This document shows, in pieces, positions 25,361-37,973 of a stretch of 64,000 nt of DNA. Position 1 is the stretch's first letter. Every line of letters starts with the position of its first letter. The stretch comes from Phoronis australis (Eukaryota > Animalia > Phoronida), in the NCBI GenBank assembly GCA_002633005.1, contig NMRA01000229.1, forward strand, positions 231,371 to 295,370, written 5' to 3'. The translations under genes were made by a program, and so were the position numbers. Under the pieces are notes generated by a model that did no database searches, had not been told where the DNA came from, and saw nothing but the letters and a program-made list of their open reading frames with translations.

Positions 25361-26648
25361 CTTCAATTCATACAGTCTCTGCTGCCAACAATGCAATCGA
25401 TTCCTTGTTTGCCCCAATTCTGTTCCACGATTTCTTAATATCGAGTGTGCTCTCTAAAAGACATAACTTTCGCAGCTACGGACCTGCCACTGTGTATTAA
25501 ACAGTTATATTATTGGCCGCGTGATTATGCGTTTTTTGTCTTAATGCATGCTAGTGGTTTGTCCCGAAGGACGCGTATTGATCGATATCACATGCTGAGT
25601 TTACCGCCAATAATCCAAACGACATTTACAATTGTCGATTGCATACATGTATGGCACGGTCAACTCACATTTCTAGAAGATCTCGACTATTTTTTAGAAC
25701 TAATGAAGAAAGCATTTTAGCATGCGAGACAAGGTTGCGCTTAATTTAAGACGGAGGCCACATAACCGACATGGCTGTTAATTGGCTGTTGACTGTTTTC
25801 GAATTGCTGCTTATCATCCATTTGAAAATCCTATCCGAAGGCAGATCGGGCGTCTGAAAAGAAACGTACACTTTTTAACCCTCGTCTGATGTGTAATCTG
25901 CCTCTTTATTGTCTTTCCCTTTCAAAAGTGAAATGCGGGACTTTTTGAGTATCTGGTTACGATGTATGAGCTGTTCTGTTGCCGCTGCACCACAACTTGC
26001 GCAGCGAACACATGAGAGTTGGCTTCAATCCTTATAGTTACTGCCGGCTGGCAAGCACCCTGAAACGCTGGCGTTTGACAGTGGCACAAACTCATAAGTG
26101 TGCAATGTAGCCCCCAACCCCCTATGGTGCGCCGCACATATAAATTTACATGTATAACCGGTATTTTCAAAGACCAATACAAATGAAGTGACGACAACTT
26201 AGTGGGAATCCATTTAGGGCTTTTAATTTCAACTTGATTTTCCAGTGTTCAATGAGGGCAGTTTTGGGACAGTGGCGAAATGAGGGCTAAGGTCATAATT
26301 TTAAAACGTGCCTCTCTTGGGCAAATAAATTCATTGGAGATCTTACCAATACTAAGGCAAAAGCGAGTTTTATTCCCCAAATATGGTTAATTGTAAGTAT
26401 TTGTGGATACTGCATTTTCGTATTTTGAAATTGTGTACTGCAATACCTTGTACTTCGTTTTTCTTTGTTGCAGATAATCGATCTGTACATTTGCAGTCTT
26501 GATTTCGATCAAACTTGATTTCTCACTTTAGTGTGTACCGAAATTTTTGTGCTGATACAGTGTAGTTCCGGGTCGTACATTCGATATTATCAGTGTGAAT
26601 ACCCATATGAACGCCAATAAATATATACAGTATACATCAATGTATACA

Positions 26649-26651
<3 letters not shown>

Positions 26652-26698
<47 letters not shown>

Positions 26699-26735
26699 CG
26701 TGCGTGTGTGCGTGTATGTGTGTGTGTATGTGTGT
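26652..26735. repeat. (TG)n microsatellite
   Basis: Direct reading. Confidence 0.97.
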
Positions 26736-27366
26736 AATAATGTTTAACATTCTGAATTATTTTGAATAAGTGTAATAAACACAAAGCTGACTTTAAACAG
26801 GTGGTCTCTGTGTGCCCTAATGTCAGGCGTGGTGAATGACAGCAACCATGAAGTTTCTACTGACAAGCCATCTACCGGCCAGAATGTGATCATTGATCAG
26901 GTATCTTTATGTTGAAACCGAAAGTTTCGCATATTTCTCTGACAATCATTGTGTAATAATTCAGCGAGCACATTCAATGCAATCATAATTCAGATCGGAA
27001 ACCTAATTTGCTGTCCAAAAGAATCCGGTTGTGAATGCTCGTCAGACGTCAGTTCTTCCTGATCTTTCATGCGACTCCTACATGTATATCAGACGTCAGG
27101 TGTCTCTTCTCACCATGGAAATGCTATCTTCCGGTACGTCACTAGCCAAGAGAAGTTTATAAAACCATTTCTGTGACCCTTCTCTGTTGGGTGGGGGGGG
27201 GGGAGGGATTTTGATATCACAAAATGCTGTGATTTGCAAATGTAAAAATGTAAAACGGTTCCTTGGTTTAAAACTGCGCCTGTTCATGAAAACTTGACTT
27301 TTACATGTATCTAATTCTGCAAATTAGACATGGAATAAAATGATACTGCATGTACAAATTAATGTA

Positions 27367-27969
27367 CAGTCCTCAATTTGGCGACCTGCAGGTCGTCAAT
27401 GCAAACACAGCGATTGTGTTTGACGACTTGAGAAAAATTGCTAGCCGCCAAGAAGACGTCACCTTGAGTATAACAGTCAGATAATAATTCCTCCGAAATT
27501 CGTTTCAAATTTTGTGTTGACTTCCAAACTTTAATAAGTTTACATAGATTTATTACCTTTGGTTTGCAATTGTTGCGTTTATTTCATGAAATCAGTACAT
27601 TTTCCACAACAACAGTCAGCTCACATCAAACACGCGTTGCAGCGTTACCACAGGAATTAAGGGGAGGGAAGTCGGAATTATTCCGCAAAAGCGAGCAAGA
27701 TCGGCAAACACGCGCATCCAGGGAATGCGATCAACTTTGTCCCGCCTTCGTTGGCAGGAGGAACTGAACTAGAGATTGACTGGTACTGTACTAATTTTAC
27801 GATGAAAAAGAAGAGGTAGGCCTTAATTTCTGTGTTCGGAGTACGGCACGATTGTTTTTTGTCGATATTTTTGATGCCAGTTTTGGCGACCTAAGATTTC
27901 GTTTGACGACCTGGGATTTTCGCCAAGTCGCAAAATGCGAGTTGGCGTAAAGCTAGTTGTCGAGCACTG
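27367..27969. mobile_element. Probable hAT-type MITE remnant
   Basis: cagtcctc...gagcactg ends with repeated subterminal tggcgacct / gacgacct motifs near both ends. Confidence 0.35.
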
Positions 27970-28776
27970 CATTGCACTTCATATTTCCATCAATTCATAA
28001 AAACACATTAAGTTTTTCTTTTCGTGATATAATGCAACATTAAGGCACATTTTTGAATTGATGAGAATCTACAATTTCAAAATGTTACCAAACTGCCAAT
28101 TTCCAGTGTACAGCAATTGGGAAGCGCTTGTTTTTCATTGAACTTACAAAGAACGACGATAAAGGTTCATTTTTCAATACTTTCCCTCCATATAAGTCAT
28201 ATTTTAGTAATAACGTTGCAACATTGATAGACTGTGAGCTTATTTGATTAAAAAAATAATGTGTCAGCCCTAACATTTCAAGCCCAAAACAATCTTTAAA
28301 CCTCATCAATTAGGTACAGACTAACATTCTTGGTTTTGACCAACAGCCTTAAATGTTTGAGAATTTCGACCGCTTGGAATGTTGATACATGTATGACTTC
28401 TTCTAAAAAAATAGCTTTCTAAAAACAAAATCGATTGCATTGCCAACAATAAATGAAGAAGGAGTTGTTCTATTTATGCCAACCCAGTACATCTCTGGGG
28501 ATGCTCACCATCCTGATGATATGCAGTGCAGCATTCACTCGCAACGCATACTCTAAGAAGGCAGCCATGTTTAATGCAGTTCTGCACTTTCTCAATATTT
28601 GAGCTAGTGATTGGTTAAAGAGATTGCGTAGACTGCCACCTCTTGCATGATAATGTTGAATCAAGATGGTATAAAAATCTGCTCACGAACAAATTAAATT
28701 TAATTTTAAATATGGAGAATTTTCAAATAACCAATGCCTCAAGCTGTATCTGGCCACATGCATGTAATTGTCTTTT

Positions 28777-28830
28777 AATAATAATAATAATAATAATAAT
28801 AATGATAAGGACAATGACAATGACAATGAC

Positions 28831-28870
<40 letters not shown>

Positions 28871-28891
28871 GTAATAATAATAATAATAATA
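28777..28891. repeat. (AAT)n microsatellite with (ACAATG)n interruption
   Basis: Direct reading. Confidence 0.97.
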
Positions 28892-29182
28892 TCCTTTATT
28901 AACGCGGATAGCAGTTCTTCTCTTAAAGCCATAGCCTTCTGAATATACAATGCAAGGCGCTGGGTAATGTCATGGTTTTTCCCTTGGAATAACCTAACAA
29001 GAGAATAGTAAACATTCACAAGCTCTGGTAGATTTTTTCTAAGGTCTCAATGAACAGTGCATCGACACATGAAATGAGGCTCATCTTCAGTTTCACCCAG
29101 ACAGCATATGCCGCATATTCTCTCACTTCTGGGAATACCCATACATGTATGTCTCCCTTCTCGCTTAAACAATTCACATATT

Positions 29183-29611
29183 CAAGGTACCTAAACTACA
29201 CGGTCAACGGACTCATAAACACGGGCACGGACGCATGAACACGACTCACGGACATGCAAACACCGTCCACTGACTCACAAACACGGGAACGGACTCACAA
29301 AACACGATCCACGCACCCAAATACACGGGACACGGACTCATATTCACGAGGAAACACGGTTAAAGGACCGCCAAACACGGGTCACGGACTCATCGGCTTC
29401 CTGGGTCAGCTGACATCTTCATTTTGTCCGTGACCCGTGTTTGGCGGTCCGTTAACCGTGTTTCCTCGTGAATATGAGTCCGTGTCCCGTGTATTTGTGT
29501 GCGTGGATCGTGTTTGTGAGTCCGTTCCCGTGTTTGTGAGTCAGTGGACGGTGTTTGCAGGTCTGTGAGTCGTGTTTATGAGTCCGTTGACCGTGTAGTT
29601 TAGGTACCTTG
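29183..29611. mobile_element. Foldback/MITE with ~190-205 bp arms built from cacggactc/aaacacgg subrepeats
   Basis: CAAGGTACCTAAACTACACGG ... CCGTGTAGTTTAGGTACCTTG, spacer of about 35 bp, ATATT directly on both flanks (29178-29182, 29612-29616). Confidence 0.85.
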
Positions 29612-29659
29612 ATATTGCTAGCTAACAAGATCACGTTTAGTAAGACTATAAAATTCATA

Positions 29660-30260
29660 TTTATTTGAGCTACCTATTTCCAGTTGCCATTCTTATACGC
29701 CACTATCCAGTAATCTCTTCTTGAATATCATAATAAATTCAGCACTATTGCCTGGGCCAAATAACCACACTTCTCCATGACCGTACCTATACAAAATTTC
29801 TTTATGCCCAGTTACAATTACCGTTTTCACCTTGTTCCCTAGCATACTATAACACTTCAGTGGGTACCTGTGTTCTTCCATATCAAGTAATTTCTTCAAT
29901 AGATTATTGATTTACACATATATTTTGTAATTAACAATTGTCTCCCACATTCATTGCCAACCATAGTATTTGGCGATTTAATACTCAATCTCATAACATA
30001 CTTACAGAAATCATTATGAACTTTTTCTAGATTCTCACATTGATGTTCCCCGTATTTCTGCGCCATGTGGTAACATGGGCATTATCATAGAATCAAAGAG
30101 TTTAAAATGCACTCCGTGAGAAATACAGATAAATTTTGACAGAGTGGATTTAATAACGCTCATTACTTTTCGAGCTTAGCTTGCAAGTACTCTTCAACAC
30201 TCTGTCCATTTAAGTCTGCTGGAGAATGTGACTCCTAGGTACTTGTAATTTTTTTTAGTC
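29660..30260 (-). mobile_element. Degenerate LINE RT C-terminal fragment
   Basis: YKYLGVTFS-like sequence near 30225-30250, LFDSMIMPMLP...GAEI, and KLLDMEEHRYPLKCYSML. Confidence 0.6.
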
Positions 30261-33200
30261 TACAGTATTTCGACGTAAAATGCGTGTTGGGATATGATCG
30301 CCAACGGCGATTGCTCGTAATTACTCAGGATAAACATTTTGCGTATTGATGTGAATTCCAGCTTATTAAATACTTATAAGACGACCTTTCTGAACGACTG
30401 AACGCTTCTTTAAATGACTTGTATGCTCTCTGATCAAATATCCTCTCTACGTTCTCATGAAAAATTAACTTCTGAAAGCGGTAAACCCTGAAAGCTGTTT
30501 CGCGAGGGTGCTATTGCTCTTTGTCGTTTCACTTTTGGTTAAAACTCAATTTCCAGACGTCTTAGCATGTTTCAAGAAATCACACTGAGATTCAAAGTAA
30601 AAAATATTGTCTGCAACTCGAAACAAAAAGACAGAAATCCGCAGCCTACAGGCTAAAACCAACGCTAAAAGCACAGAATTCAACTTAATTTTCACCGGTA
30701 GTTCTGACATTTGGCCATAGTAAAAAGGCAAAGCTTAATAGAATTTTCGAGAATCAGGCCCCTGACCTAATTTACAATGGCGCGAAAATCCTTGTCTTTC
30801 AACGACTTTGACCACTCATTCAAAGAATGTTTCATGGATTACGGTCGTTTGGATTAACCTTGTTTTATCCTAACCACTAATGTGACAATGTCTCAAAATG
30901 CACACTTCGACAACATTATTCAACAAGCGTGCTGCTGGAAGATATACCGTGACGTATAAACATCGAGGAGTTCGATTTGCTCCAACCTCTTCCTTATTCC
31001 CCTTAGCACCACATCAGCTGGTTTCGGTCAGTCATTTTTCATTGTCGTCTCAGTGTTTATAAAAAGAACACGCACGGGTGTATAGTAAAATCTTTGTGGT
31101 CCATGAATAGCATTATTTGATATTTTATTTTATCTCAGTGCACCGTGGAATTAAAACGTGGAACGTTCGGTTGCCAGTCCAGCACTGTAATCATTAAATC
31201 ACCTGAGTCCCTCCTAATGTAGTGGCTGGATTGCTCGACTGACAACCGAAAGTTTCAAATCCTAACGTGCACCATCGCACAGGAAATACAATTCCAAAAA
31301 ATGCTTATCACCGTTTCCTGTTCACCCAGTTACCTGCAACAGCTGAAGATTGTAGGAGAAATGCTGGCCGAAACGTCTAGGCAATGAAAAGTGGTTGGAG
31401 TATACACACTTATCTTTTTACGTTCAACCTGTCAAAGTGTGCGGTGCTTGTTTGCAAAATGTACAAGCAAAAAATCCCGAGACGCCTATTCTATAAAGGT
31501 ATGGATTTACATGCATACACGATTGTCTAATCTATACTTAAGTCATCATTATTTATCACCTTCCTTTTTTCACCGTAATTTATTTTGGAATGTTTTCTAA
31601 GTATGCGATGTACACTTTATACAGACATATAAAACTCAATACTCCATTTAAAATTTCTTTACCTGCATCATATTATTGCACATCGCTTCCTTCAACCAAT
31701 CCACACACGTTGTTTTTTCGATATTTTGTTCCAAACACAAACGCTTCACCTATACTTTTCTAATGACAATGTCAAGATCTTGCTTATAGAAAAACTGTTT
31801 TCAGAGAAGTGACCATGGGGCTTTGTTCATCAAATCACCAATCCGTGAAACAAGTTGGAACTCACTTCAAAGTGTCGTCTGCTTGGGATGAGAGTTTGCT
31901 TGAGATTGTTAACCAGATGAGATCTCGTAAGAAAGCAATAGACCACAGTTCCCGCCAATATTCACTACCATCTTCTTTTGAAGGAGACGTGATGCCTCCG
32001 AGGTGCTAGGAATTTAGATGAATCGAAATTCTTTGATCACGTTCCATTTTGTGATATACATGTACAGGCTAGTGAATCCCGATGAAGAATATATGTATCC
32101 ACTTCTGTATATAGTGTATCTTCCCCAAAATCAAAAACTTATAAATGTATAAAAACAGGGTAATTATTTCCTTCGGAATATTGCATTATACCATAAACAC
32201 TCCTTGTATTTTCCTCCATGAGTCTTCCCGGTAAAACCTCTGGCTGGTCCTAAAGTTTCAAATAGTCTACCACAAATTTTGTCTTTTCAGCTATTGAATA
32301 GAAGTCGATAACAGCTTTTGACTAATATGTAATAGAGTAATGGGTCTCCATGTTTTTTGAAACCTCTAGGCTTTCCATCATCAGGCAAACGCTTTATAAC
32401 CCAACGCAGTGGGCTCGATGAAATATGCTTATTGTCAAAGTTATACTGAAAAGGTCTCGAGACGAAGTGTGGCAAATGCCATTCCAAAAATTGTGAAATT
32501 CAGCCGTAAACCCACCACTTTTTAGTCTTTTTCCCATTCGTCATGTTACATATATAACTGTATTTCCCTTCCAAAACCGTTCCACTGGAAATTTAGTGCT
32601 GGTATGGAGCAGTGCGGAACAAAATTCTTTCAAACTTGCATCTTGAAGTTCATCATCACGATAGCAAAAAAGGCAACTTTAAAAGTCACGGAATTCATTG
32701 CGAATGGCCTCTTGAGAGGAAATATTTTCATTTTTATTACCAGTTAGTGAAGTAATCGTCCCTTGTGTGTAGTTTACTTTTTTAAGACACATAACTGTTT
32801 TATAGGATTTTTGCCATCTCCAATCAATCAACTTTGCGTCAGATCTTAGTATTAATACTTACGTTTATTCATTAAATTGCTCCAGTTTCTTTCGTTCGTT
32901 TAAACGTTTTTTCTAAAATTGCATCAGCACAGTACAATAGAGTCTTGTGTGTACTATTACTTCGTTTTCATAATATACCCATCACTCTACCCTGTGCTTC
33001 TTTCTGTGGACACTTTAAGAGATTGGCAAACAGCCTATGTTACGTAACAATATTTAAAAATCTGATCATTTAGATTAAGTCACAACATACATGTATCTGG
33101 AAGAATTTCATGTTTTGATATGTTGTCTCTACTACATGGGAAAACAGCATACGTGTCTTTTGAGCTACCAATAACATACATGTATTTCACTTTTTCAACA

Positions 33201-34626
33201 TATTCATTATCACATTAAAACGAGCTTTTGTTTGACTAGTTCAGAGAGAGGCTTAATAGAGTTACTGCGCAACCCAATATGAAACACAATGGGAATCATA
33301 GACAGAAAGCCGCAAGACCGAATAATGTGCATGCTTTTGTTCAAAAGCTTCCATTCAAAGATCAAACAGTCTGATCAAAACAATCTTCAAATATTTTGGT
33401 TTATGGCACTATTTTCCTAGGTTTTAGTAGTTCAGAACAGTTTCAGTTTCACAAATTGAATATATCGTCAATAGTTTACTCTAAAGGAATTACACTTCAT
33501 TCAGGTTCGAGACTTTCTACAAAATCTGATTATAAAAGCGTAGTCACGTACCCAGTTGGAACCGACATTTCGCTGCTGCGCTAATCAAATCACACATTGC
33601 ACTTTTGTAATTATATTATTTTTAAAAGAATTAGGGCGTGTTTGAATGTCTGCATATAAAGGGACTTCGCAGGAGTGCCGAGTCAACTAAAGACACTCAC
33701 CTCGTTTTCGGTGACCACTACAGACTTTTAAACCAATTGAATTTATTAGCATATTCACAAGTCAGAACAGGCTAAGCCAATCAAGCGTAACTTGTGGTAT
33801 CGTATGAAAATGCGTTTCATTACGTGCGTTTGTGTACATGTATATTATCTGTTTGATGACGTCGCGTGAAGTGTGTCTTACTTTAATAGGATTTTTAAAC
33901 GACCACACGACATTTAATGGCATAAAGTCTTACAGCTAGAATTAGTTTGGGGGATGATACGTAGTTTGTTGTGGGCACATTTATTATCTGCATGCTGGTA
34001 ACTACATGTTTAGACACTGATGAAGCGTAAGGGAAGTTCAGTGTCACGTTTTTCAGTGTTCATACTTGTCGAAATATGAATGTTCTCGACAAAAATGTTT
34101 TCTTTGTGTTCTTGCTAATGTTACAGCCAAAACTGATGTTCTTGAACAGACGATATCATGCTTTAAAAGCTTCTAGTTATAAGGTCTTGGCATACGTTTT
34201 CATTAGTGCAGAGGTCATTTCACATATTTTACGGTCTATGGCCAAGGGAACTGTGTGTCTCATTTTTTATTTCAATTCTCATGAGGAGATAGATATCGGG
34301 CATCAAAATCGTGATTTGCGACAAGTGCTAACACATCTGTTCTTTGAAGGTTGTTCACGTAACCACGCCCCTGACCAGACTCATATCTGACAGCCACTAG
34401 GTGGCGAGGTCAGCTAGACAGGGAATTGGCTCACCAAGAACAGCTAAACAACATGCCGTGGAAACCGACGACATTTCATGTGCCGCTCAAGAAGTAATTT
34501 CGCAAATTGCCGTTTTATATAGAGATTACAGGCCCTTGGAATTTAGGATTGAATGTCAGTGGCGAGTACACATGTACATGTAGAAGATTATGCGGCTTGC
34601 CTGGGTGAATGTAACGGAGACTTTAA

Positions 34627-35798
34627 AGGCGAAGGCAACATTTTTCGATGTCATTTTGAGCTAAAATAAGGTTGGTTGGTTATCCTAGACATATTTTCCA
34701 CTTAATTACAGCTTTTCGTAATTTTATAGATTACTCGTCCGCTACTCCGGAAGTGACGTTTTAGGAGGCAAGCGTTTAACGCCACTTGGTTTTGCGTTGA
34801 CTTTACCGTGCGAATCTGTTCTATTCTACTTTTGTTTTGTGCTGTTTTTCAACAATTGTCGCCACCACTTTCCATCGGCGAGTATTCTGCGGCAAGATAG
34901 GTTAGTAGAGAACTCAACTACGTTGGATTTNATCAAAGTTTGGCTCACTGATCTGTTCACTGGACGACGAACTGTCCTCTCCACTGGGTGTCGAACTGAG
35001 CCGGTAATCACTCCCGCTACTCAATATCGCTGCAGGGCTGCTTAGAGGCTCTGGGCTGGAGAAAACAGCACAGAGCGAATCACTACTGGTTCCAGGAAGT
35101 GCACGCTCTGGGGGTACGTTCGGAGGCAAAGGTGACAGTAGATGAAGTGCCTCCACTGGCTCCAGTCACTGTACTGGCCACAGCTCGCGAGGCTTCTCGC
35201 TTCAAACACGCACTTCTCGAGGGTGGCGACGGGGCACTGCCGGGAATCAACACAGACGGGATGACAACCTTCTTCAGACGTTGTTTCGCAGTGACCTTCA
35301 TCAGTTCAGCGTACAAATCCCGTTCGTAATCGGACGTCAGAAAGTGCTTGCCACACACACGGTAATTCTCCACTGCTTTGTACGTTGCGTGCACGGGTAA
35401 CGCTGCGTTCTTCACACGAACGAGCCAAGTACGGCGAAGTGTGTCATCCATCGGAAAGCGATGCAAATGTACTCCCAAAGCGCGCGTGAGCCGATAATTA
35501 GTATATCCTGGTACGCAGCAACAGTGTGGCATATTGACTGACTAGTAAATGAAAGCAAACGACGACGGAACTTAACACAACCGAGGTAGAACAATGACTG
35601 ACTCGGCAGCTCTCACAGTCAGACTATATGAAAAGAAATTGGCGCGAAATGCTTGCCTCCTAAAACGTCACTTCCGGAAGAGCGGACGAGTAATTAATAA
35701 AATTACGAAAAGCTGTAATTAAGTGGAAAATATGTCTAAATATAACCAACCAACCTTATTTTAGCTCAAAATGACATGGAAAAAGGTTGCCTTCGCCT
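34627..35798 (-). mobile_element. Kolobok-like DNA transposon (TTAA TSD, ~160 bp TIRs) carrying a THAP-domain ORF
   Basis: TTAA at 34623-34626 and 35799-35802. Termini AGGCGAAGGCAAC...GTTGCCTTCGCCT. Near-perfect TIRs at 34627-~34785 and ~35640-35798. Internal N at 34931. TTAA plus AG..CT ends fits Kolobok rather than piggyBac (CCC ends). Confidence 0.8.
35083..35532 (-). CDS. THAP zinc-finger domain ORF (probable transposase N-terminus, likely defective)
   Basis: MPHCCCVPGY...LHRFP...W...YRVCGKHF...LKKVVIPS matches the THAP C2CH/AVPT pattern, but the second Cys reads Tyr. A Ser/Asp-rich continuation follows in another frame up to the N at 34931. Confidence 0.78.
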   Translation of the reverse strand: MPHCCCVPGYTNYRLTRALGVHLHRFPMDDTLRRTWLVRVKNAALPVHATYKAVENYRVCGKHFLTSDYERDLYAELMKVTAKQRLKKVVIPSVLIPGSAPSPPSRSACLKREASRAVASTVTGASGGTSSTVTFASERTPRACTSWNQ

Positions 35799-37973
35799 TT
35801 AAGATAATGACGCTCCTTTGCGGAGTGAATAACAAAGTTGGTTTTGAAAAGCAGTAGTCACCCAAGACCATTTCACCACGTTAAGAAATAAAATGCAGTC
35901 GTATTACTGACGTCCACAAATAAACAGTTTAATTAAAATTACAAGAGTTTAATATCTTACAATGTTTTGAATACTGCAAATTATTTGCTCTTAACCTAAA
36001 AAAAACAGGTTACCGTAGGTGACGAATCACCACTGTCTTTTGCCTGGGAAAACGCGGGTTATCAAAACTTCTCGCTAATCTAATTTGTTATCAGGTTGTT
36101 TACTGCGTTAAAATGTGAAGGAGACAACGTAATTGGAAATCAAAATTTCCCTTTTACGTGAACAAAAATGTACTTTCCTCAAAAATTGATCGTTTTTCTC
36201 AGGATGAGATTTTGCTGACATCCAGGACGCTTGTTTTTATATACCTAAGACCCCTTTCAATTTATCATTATTATTAAATTTACGACATCCTATTTTCTGT
36301 TGTCCAATCAACGTTCTATAATTTAAATGATGTTTTATTTTAATATCTGTTTCTTCATCTACGCTTCACACTTCCATATTTTCAATATGTCATACAACAC
36401 TCCCAATATGTCATACAACACTCTCTTTAACCATTGGCTATAGTAAACGGGCCGCCCACTCTGCATGTTCTCAATCGACCACGTCTGTATTCTTGCGCAC
36501 TTGACAGGGCCGCGACGTCGTTAACTAGCAGATACATGTAAGTGGTCTAAGGCCAGAGTAGAGGCACGTGTAGCTCCCACCACCAAAAATGACTAAAATG
36601 GGTTGGGTCGGGTTGTGGCCTAGATGGAAGGTGATTGCCAGAAATGGTTTTTAGTAGTACCCTGAAGTTGTTTTATGTAAATTGATTCCAGAAAGTTGGC
36701 CTGTGCTATTTTCTACTAGGATACGAGAGTGCCGCCATTACTGAGAGCACATCCTTGTTGAGTCTTGAGCGGCACACTACAGTTGTTAGAGGATTTTGGC
36801 TGTCGACGCACACCAAAGTGGAGATGACTCCTTTTCTCACGTTCTCACCAAGAGTCTGAAAAAATAAAGGGTTTTGTAGAATTCCCAACTCACAAGCACT
36901 ACCCATGATAACTGAAAATTAATTACGCTACAGATTTTTAATCGATTAATTCACAGCGAAAAAAGGTCAAGCAGAGAAAAGCAGGACCAGAAAACCCAAA
37001 CCTTGACATTTTTTTCACCAATATTATCACTTTTCTGGTCAGGAAAAGTATCACCCGAAATTGCTGTATACCCTACACCGACTGGTACATGTACGTGTAC
37101 ATACATGTAGATGTACATCAAAATCTAAAGTCGCATAGGCTCAGTTAATTTTTCTACCGGCAAAATCTATATCAATTTGTTTTACTACCCGGTCCATTGT
37201 TTGTATACTTTGGACGATTTCGCTATTTGAAAAGTCCGTTGGCGTGGACGAATATTTGCTTGCTGTTGAACGTCAAAGACTTAAACTTTGGAGGCAGGTT
37301 CATACTTGATTAGTCAACAAGTTTAGAAACTAAATCGCCGGCTCTCGTTCAGCCAAACTGGTTACAGTGTACGTTCACCTCGGTCTATGCCCAGTGGATT
37401 CCTAGCCAGGCCGGGGAGTATAAGACTGTTTTAACCACATTGCATGTTTTTCTATAAGAAGTGTGAAACCTTCTATTGAAAACGTACAATGGGCATGGTC
37501 AACGAACTCAGCAGTGGTGAACAAAACCGTTAACTTAACAAATACATGTAATGTGAATAGTCTGACGTGGTTATATTTTGTTGGCTTCATTTTTCACACT
37601 GTTAAAAATCACAAACTCAACTCTTCATAATCAAGTGGTGTGCTTCATCAACATTAACAACTTTAAGATTATTAAAAACCTTATCGACATGCCAGTGTTT
37701 TTAGTCAAATGTTGACACGAATACAGATTTTAATTACAAAAATTTATCTATTTTCAGAAAATAGAAAGCCTTAAAAGTTTTCATTTTGAAGTTTATTCCA
37801 ATCTCCCAGTAGGTAGGTCACGTGACCACTATCTAAACTCTAGCAAAAAGGAAGGAATACACGTAGCAAAACAACTCAACAATAGCATGCAAAAAGTTCA
37901 TTTGCGTCAGTAAATGTCAAACCTCGAAATGCTTTACAATTTTCTAAGTTATCTTATTTCTGTTTTAGGCAAC

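Noticed and set aside
26801-26900. Plus-strand exon-like segment (aaacag|...cag|gtatct) with one open frame
   Set aside because: Weak splice sites, no recognisable protein motif, no linked exons.
28643-29019. Poly-Ile 'membrane' ORFs on both strands
   Set aside because: Translation of the (AAT)n microsatellite.
34627-35798. piggyBac assignment, or a domesticated host THAP gene
   Set aside because: Termini are AGG..CCT rather than CCC..GGG. The ORF lies within TIRs and a TSD and has lost a zinc-binding Cys.
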